The notes beneath the pieces are model-generated. The model made no database searches. It was not told the DNA's origin and saw nothing but the letters and a program-made list of their open reading frames with translations. A stretch of DNA of 31,285 nucleotides from a virus (Duplodnaviria; Caudoviricetes): positions 1-31,285 of the IMG/VR virus record IMGVR_UViG_3300011971_000006. One strand, written 5' to 3'. Both the position numbers and the translations under genes were made by a program. Shown here piece by piece: positions 26,565-31,285 of this stretch (its first letter is position 1; each line of letters begins with the position of its first letter).

Positions 26565-26668
26565 AATATACAGGAAGTCATTCAACACCAAAACAAAATT
26601 CTGAGTGAAAAGAAGGCGAAAATCATGTAAATTTATATAATTCCAAAATATCCCACCTCGCAAAGTGG

Positions 26669-26718
26669 CTTGTAGTAAGGGTTTCAAAAACACAAAACCA
26701 CTTGAAAAACAAATTTTA
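26669..26718 (+). repeat. AGGGTT arm plus 16-bp site
   Basis: CTTGTAGTAAGGGTTTCA, then TGAAAAACAAATTTTA at 26703. Confidence 0.7.
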
Positions 26719-26732
26719 AGGGAGGTGAAATA

Positions 26733-27179
26733 ATGTTTAAATTTTTTAGGAATACAAAGAGAGGAATACATAATCTAATAAAATGGCGTAAAATAATCTG
26801 GAATGATAGAAATTGGGATCATTACTATATTTACTCAATATGGTATAAAAAATTTGACAATATGGAGAAATTCTTTAATAGTGATAAAGCGTGGACAGCT
26901 AAATCAGAAGGTATTGCTGGACAAATTCATGAAGTTAAATTGCTATGTGAAAAACTAATGAAAGATGATTATTTAGAAGAAGCATTGAAACCATATGAAG
27001 AAAAATATGGAGATGTAGAGTTATTTAAAATTATTGATAATGAATTAGAATATAATGTCGATGAAGAAACTGTTTCAGCACATTGGGAATGTTGTAAATT
27101 AGCTGATAAGAATAGGGAAGATGATAAAAATAGGATGTTTGATTTGTTAAAGTTAAATATTGAAAATTTCTGGGATTAG
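26733..27179 (+). CDS. hypothetical phage protein
   Basis: RBS GGGAGGTG; WRKIIWNDRNWD...NFWD. Confidence 0.75.
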   Translation: MFKFFRNTKRGIHNLIKWRKIIWNDRNWDHYYIYSIWYKKFDNMEKFFNSDKAWTAKSEGIAGQIHEVKLLCEKLMKDDYLEEALKPYEEKYGDVELFKIIDNELEYNVDEETVSAHWECCKLADKNREDDKNRMFDLLKLNIENFWD

Positions 27180-27194
27180 GAGGATATAAATAAA

Positions 27195-27389
27195 TTGTCT
27201 GATTTAACTCAATGCCAATCAATAAAATGTATTAAAAGAAACCAATGCTATAGAGTATTAGCAACTCCTAGTGATCCACAAACTTATGCTTTATTTGAAC
27301 AAGTATGCACAGAGTTAAACGATTATAAGTATTTTTGGCAGGCTAGAAAAGAGTTTATTAAGGAAGAAGTTATTAAGGATAATAAATAA
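27195..27389 (+). CDS. small Cys-rich hypothetical protein
   Basis: RBS AGGAGG, TTG start; C...KC..R.QCYR. Confidence 0.7.
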   Translation: MSDLTQCQSIKCIKRNQCYRVLATPSDPQTYALFEQVCTELNDYKYFWQARKEFIKEEVIKDNK

Positions 27390-27411
27390 TAATATTGGAG
27401 GATACATAAAT

Positions 27412-30400
27412 TTGAAAATAGAACAATGGCTTACAGAACAATTAGGAAAAGATATTTGGGATAATAAATACCGATTCAAAACAGAATCATTTGATGAATG
27501 GGTAGATAGAGTATCAGCAGGAAATGAAGAAACAAAACGATTAATCTATGAAAAGAAGTTTCTCTTTGGTGGGAGGACATTATCTAATAGAAAAACAGGT
27601 AAAAATGCAAGTTATAGTAACTGTTATTCAAGTGGGTATGCTCCAGATTCTCTACTAGGAATTATGGAACTTAATACTAATCTTGCTATGACATATAAAT
27701 CTCAAGGTGGTCAAGGATTATCATTATCTAAGATCAGACCAAAAGGCACAGATATTAATGGACAATTTGAATCTGATGGGATCTTGCCTTTCATGAGGAT
27801 ATTTAATATTACTACAGAGAGTGTTAGTCAAGGTGGTAGTAGAAAAGGTGCATTATTAATGTCTCTTGCTTGTGACCATAAAGAAATTAATGAGTTTATT
27901 AGTATCAAGACTAAAGATAACTCAATCAATAAAGCAAATCTTTCAGTAGAATTTGATGATGAGTTCATGTTAGCTGTAAAGAAATTCTATGAAACAGGTG
28001 AAAAAACAGTCCTTGATATCACAAAAAAATATGAAGGTAAATCTATTACATATAAAATAACTCCAATTGACATATATAAGAACTTTGCAAATAGTTCATA
28101 TAACTGGGCTGAACCTGGGGCAATCATGACTAATAGATTCAGAAATTATAATCTAATGGAGTTTATTGTCGAATATGAGATTGTAACAGGCAACCCTTGC
28201 TTCACAGGAGATATGGAATTGCTAACAAAGGAAGGTTATAAAACACTCTCAGAATTAGAAGATAAAGAAGTACAAATTATTAATCCTGATGGCAACACAT
28301 CAGAAGGAAAAGTTTGGTGTAGTGGAGAGAAAGATATTATTCAACTTACTTTAAGTAACAAGAAGAGGATAAAATGCACTCCAGACCATGTATTCATGTT
28401 AAATAATAATAATGAGTCACAGGCTAAAGATACTCTAAAACAAAGATTAACCTCTTATTACGGAGAAACTAATTTATCAGAAGATATTTTTGTACAATTA
28501 GGGTTCATCCAAGGAGATGGATGTGTTGGCAGAATTAACTCAGAACATCATCTAGGATTAGAAGTCAATATTGGAGATAAGGATGATGAGATTTTAGACT
28601 TGTTTGAAGTATCTAAGGTTGAAGGGAAACGTGCTTATTACATAAATGGCTATAATGATCTATTGGTACAGTATGGGTTTGATGGTAGCGTATTACCAGA
28701 ACGAGTATTCCCTATTACCTATACATCTTGGATGAAGTTTCAAAGAGCAAATTTCTTAAAAGGATGTTATTCGGCAAATGGTTGTGTGATTAAAACTCAC
28801 AGAGTATCATACAAAACTACTTCAAAAGTATTCTCATTGCAGTTAAAGAAAGCATTAGAAGAATTTGGGATCACGGCATATATTACTACTAATAAACCAA
28901 CAATGGTTAAGTTTTCAAATGGAGACTACCTATGCAAAGAAAGTTATGATGTTAACATTAGTAGATTAACTGATATAATTACATTTTATCAATCCATAGG
29001 GTTTATGCAACAATACAAAATCCATGATTTAGTTGATTTAATTAAAATTAAGAGTCCAAAAGTGACATCTATTAAAAAACTTCCAAAAGAAAAAGTATAT
29101 GATTTCTCTGAGCCATTAACCCATTGGGGAGTAGTAGAAGGAGTAGTCGTACATAATTGTGGGGAACAACCTCTTCCAAAGGATGGTGCATGTAATTTAG
29201 GTTCAATGAATTTTTCTGCCTATGTTGTGAACCCATATACTAAAGAATCATACTTTGATGATGATGCATTTTCAGAAGATGTTAGAGTAGCTATTGAATC
29301 ATTAGATAATGTCCTAGACGAAGGAAAACTTCTTCATGCATTAGAAAGTCAAAGACAAATGGCAAATGATTATAGGAATGTTGGATTAGGCATTATGGGT
29401 CTTGGGGATATGTTTATTAAACTAGGTATGAAATATGGTAGCGAAGAATCAAAACGAATTCTTGATGTTATTATGTTTGAAATGTTTAGAAGTGCAGTTT
29501 GGAAGAGTGCAGAATTAGCAATAGAAAAAGGATGTTTTCCTAAATACTCAGAAAAAGTATTCGACTCTACTATTATTAAAGATCATTTTGATGAAGAAGA
29601 AATTGATACACTTAGAAAAATGGGTTTAAGAAACTGCTCACTTCTAAGCATTGCCCCTTCTGGATCTATTGGGACAATGTTGGATATTACAACTGGAATT
29701 GAACCTTGTTTTTCACTCTCATATCAGAGAAAAACAGAATCATTACATAAAGATAAAGAAGTATCTTATACCGTTTTTATGAGTAGTGCAAAAGAGTATA
29801 TGGAATTATACAACACAGAAATACTACCAGATTACTTTGTAACATCAAATGAAATTCCTTGGAAAGACAGAATTGATATTCAAGCTATTGCACAAAATCA
29901 TGTAGATACAGCAATTTCTTCTACAGTAAATCTTCCAGAAAGTGCGACACTTGAAGAAGTTGAACAATTGTATTTATATGCTTGGGAGAAAGGATTAAAG
30001 GGAGTAACTATTTTTAGGGACAATTGTGCAAGACTTGGTATATTGACTAAACCAACAGTAGAAAAGAAAGCTATTGAAACAGTATTAGATCGTGGGTTTG
30101 TGACTAAAGCACCATCAGAAGCAGAAGGTAAGACATATAAATTTGTTAGTGGTTGTGGTAATGCATATGTTGGAGTGACATGGGATGAAACAGGTAAGAT
30201 TAATCAAACATTTACTAACAAAGGAAGTAGTGGTACCTGTAGAAGTAATCAAGAGGCTGTATCAAGATTAGTATCATTAGCATTGCGTGGCGGTATTCCA
30301 ATTGAGAAGATTATTGATCAATTAGAAAGTGTAGATATTTGTCCATCATACATAAGTGCTAGAGCTAAAGGAAAACCAGTTAGCAAAGGAGTTAGTTGCC

Positions 30401-30606
30401 CTCATGCTATTGCTAATATTCTTAAACAAGCAATTAAAGATGTTGGTGTTAAATTTGAGAATGTTGATAAGATTTTGCAAACTAAAACAGTTGTGGTAGA
30501 AGAAGTTGCTGATAATTCAAGATTATGTCCCGAATGCAAAGAGTCTTTAATTAATGAAGGTGGTTGCATTCAATGCAAATCATGCGGATATTCTAAGTGT
30601 AACTAA
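27412..30606 (+). CDS. nrdJ: class II (adenosylcobalamin-dependent) ribonucleotide reductase, intein-containing
   Basis: FGGR, SNCY, QGGSRKGA, NP/CGEQPL, ACNLGS, APSGS, AISSTVNLP, GLKGVTIFR, C-terminal TSCPD-like (VSCPH) domain and Zn ribbon. Confidence 0.92.
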   Translation: MKIEQWLTEQLGKDIWDNKYRFKTESFDEWVDRVSAGNEETKRLIYEKKFLFGGRTLSNRKTGKNASYSNCYSSGYAPDSLLGIMELNTNLAMTYKSQGGQGLSLSKIRPKGTDINGQFESDGILPFMRIFNITTESVSQGGSRKGALLMSLACDHKEINEFISIKTKDNSINKANLSVEFDDEFMLAVKKFYETGEKTVLDITKKYEGKSITYKITPIDIYKNFANSSYNWAEPGAIMTNRFRNYNLMEFIVEYEIVTGNPCFTGDMELLTKEGYKTLSELEDKEVQIINPDGNTSEGKVWCSGEKDIIQLTLSNKKRIKCTPDHVFMLNNNNESQAKDTLKQRLTSYYGETNLSEDIFVQLGFIQGDGCVGRINSEHHLGLEVNIGDKDDEILDLFEVSKVEGKRAYYINGYNDLLVQYGFDGSVLPERVFPITYTSWMKFQRANFLKGCYSANGCVIKTHRVSYKTTSKVFSLQLKKALEEFGITAYITTNKPTMVKFSNGDYLCKESYDVNISRLTDIITFYQSIGFMQQYKIHDLVDLIKIKSPKVTSIKKLPKEKVYDFSEPLTHWGVVEGVVVHNCGEQPLPKDGACNLGSMNFSAYVVNPYTKESYFDDDAFSEDVRVAIESLDNVLDEGKLLHALESQRQMANDYRNVGLGIMGLGDMFIKLGMKYGSEESKRILDVIMFEMFRSAVWKSAELAIEKGCFPKYSEKVFDSTIIKDHFDEEEIDTLRKMGLRNCSLLSIAPSGSIGTMLDITTGIEPCFSLSYQRKTESLHKDKEVSYTVFMSSAKEYMELYNTEILPDYFVTSNEIPWKDRIDIQAIAQNHVDTAISSTVNLPESATLEEVEQLYLYAWEKGLKGVTIFRDNCARLGILTKPTVEKKAIETVLDRGFVTKAPSEAEGKTYKFVSGCGNAYVGVTWDETGKINQTFTNKGSSGTCRSNQEAVSRLVSLALRGGIPIEKIIDQLESVDICPSYISARAKGKPVSKGVSCPHAIANILKQAIKDVGVKFENVDKILQTKTVVVEEVADNSRLCPECKESLINEGGCIQCKSCGYSKCN
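28198..29157 (+). mobile_element. intein with LAGLIDADG homing endonuclease (320 aa)
   Basis: begins CFTGDMELLT, block B CTPDH, LGFIQGDG and FLKGCYSANG, block F VYDF, ends VVHN followed by the C+1 nucleophile. Confidence 0.93.
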
Positions 30607-30635
30607 TAAATAAAATGATGTGAGGTAATGTATAA

Positions 30636-31124
30636 ATGGAAACTATCTATTTTGCTAAAGTAAATCCTAGTGTAATTATTCCATCAAAGAATGTTGAGAA
30701 TGCAGGGTATGATGTATATGCTAACTTTGAGGAAGATTATATTGAAATTCAACCACATTCAACAATGATGATTCCTACTGGGATTGCAAGTGCATGTTCT
30801 CCTGATTTTTACTTTCAATTACAAGAGAGAGGTAGTACAGGGACAAAAGGAATCGCTCAAAGATGTGGAGTAATTGACTCTGGTTATCGCAATGAATGGT
30901 TTGTTCCTTTAACAAATACAACAAATAAAAGATTATTTATTTATAAGGAAACATTTCATTTTTTCAAAAATGATAATATAATCCTTTATCCATATGCTAA
31001 AGCAATTGCTCAGGTAGTATTACTTCCAGTTCCTAAAACAGAAGTTATTGAAAAAAGTTATGAGGAATTGAAGCTAATTACATCAGAAAGAGGAATGAAT
31101 TGTCTTGGTAGCACCAACAAATAA
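30636..31124 (+). CDS. dut: trimeric dUTPase
   Basis: AGYD, IPTGI, ERGSTG, GVIDSGYR, AIAQ, RGMNCLGST. Confidence 0.92.
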   Translation: METIYFAKVNPSVIIPSKNVENAGYDVYANFEEDYIEIQPHSTMMIPTGIASACSPDFYFQLQERGSTGTKGIAQRCGVIDSGYRNEWFVPLTNTTNKRLFIYKETFHFFKNDNIILYPYAKAIAQVVLLPVPKTEVIEKSYEELKLITSERGMNCLGSTNK

Positions 31125-31137
31125 AACGAAAATTTTA
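31122..31137 (+). repeat. 16-bp site overlapping the dut stop codon
   Basis: TAAAACGAAAATTTTA, followed by an RBS. Confidence 0.7.
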
Positions 31138-31160
31138 AGGGAAAGGAAGGATGTTAAATA

Positions 31161-31285
31161 ATGAAAAGTGGTCAAGATATGTTTAAAGAAATGCTCATTA
31201 ATGCAAGCAAGTACACAAGAAGTACAGGTAATTTAATCGGAGAATCCATGAAAAGTATTGTGAGAGTAGATAAACTAGAAACTAA
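31161..31285 (+). CDS. hypothetical protein, truncated by the window end
   Basis: RBS AAAGGAAGG; MKSGQDMFKEML..., frame open to the edge. Confidence 0.55.
   Translation, partial: MKSGQDMFKEMLINASKYTRSTGNLIGESMKSIVRVDKLET

Noticed and set aside
26565-26660. Possible small RNA or cobalamin riboswitch upstream of the nrdJ block
   Set aside because: No recognisable B12-box or stable structure by eye; an Infernal/Rfam scan would be needed.
113-27222. Minus-strand ORFs in the track, plus the + strand ORF 12-203
   Set aside because: They shadow credible + strand genes or promoters and show no convincing RBS or motifs.
2442-31137. 16-bp site as a LexA, CcpA or CodY box, or as a terminator
   Set aside because: It does not match GAAC-N4-GTTC, cre or AATTTTCWGAAAATT; the AT-only stem is too weak; most copies are not at promoters.

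Overview
AT-rich segment of a large temperate Firmicutes phage or prophage with SPbeta-like gene order; every credible gene is on the + strand. Bases 1-15.8 kb are an accessory region of about 45 mostly small genes, including an XRE-type HTH regulator, a 3D-domain protein, an orphan Dam-like methyltransferase, an ATP-dependent DNA ligase and an HNH endonuclease. Bases 16.0-26.5 kb are a replication operon: acidic-tailed putative SSB, AAA/Sak4-like ATPase, DnaB-like helicase, primase, PD-(D/E)XK nuclease, HNH-AP2 homing endonuclease and DnaE. Bases 27.4-31.1 kb encode a class II ribonucleotide reductase with a LAGLIDADG intein, and a dUTPase. The main unexplained structure is a 16-bp quasi-palindrome, YRAAA-N6-WTTNA, found by eye about 24 times, almost always between a stop codon and the next RBS. 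It divides the accessory region into cassette-like units of one to a few genes, and I did not see it between the replication genes. Some copies carry longer conserved flanks at fixed distances: a 76-bp unit with 10-bp-phased ATGCT repeats (4 copies, one inverted), an AGGGTT arm (2 copies) and a tandem NrdR-box-like pair. My inference is an integron-like, site-specific gene-cassette array in a phage; no recombinase is encoded in this window. All annotations come from manual motif recognition, with no database searches.
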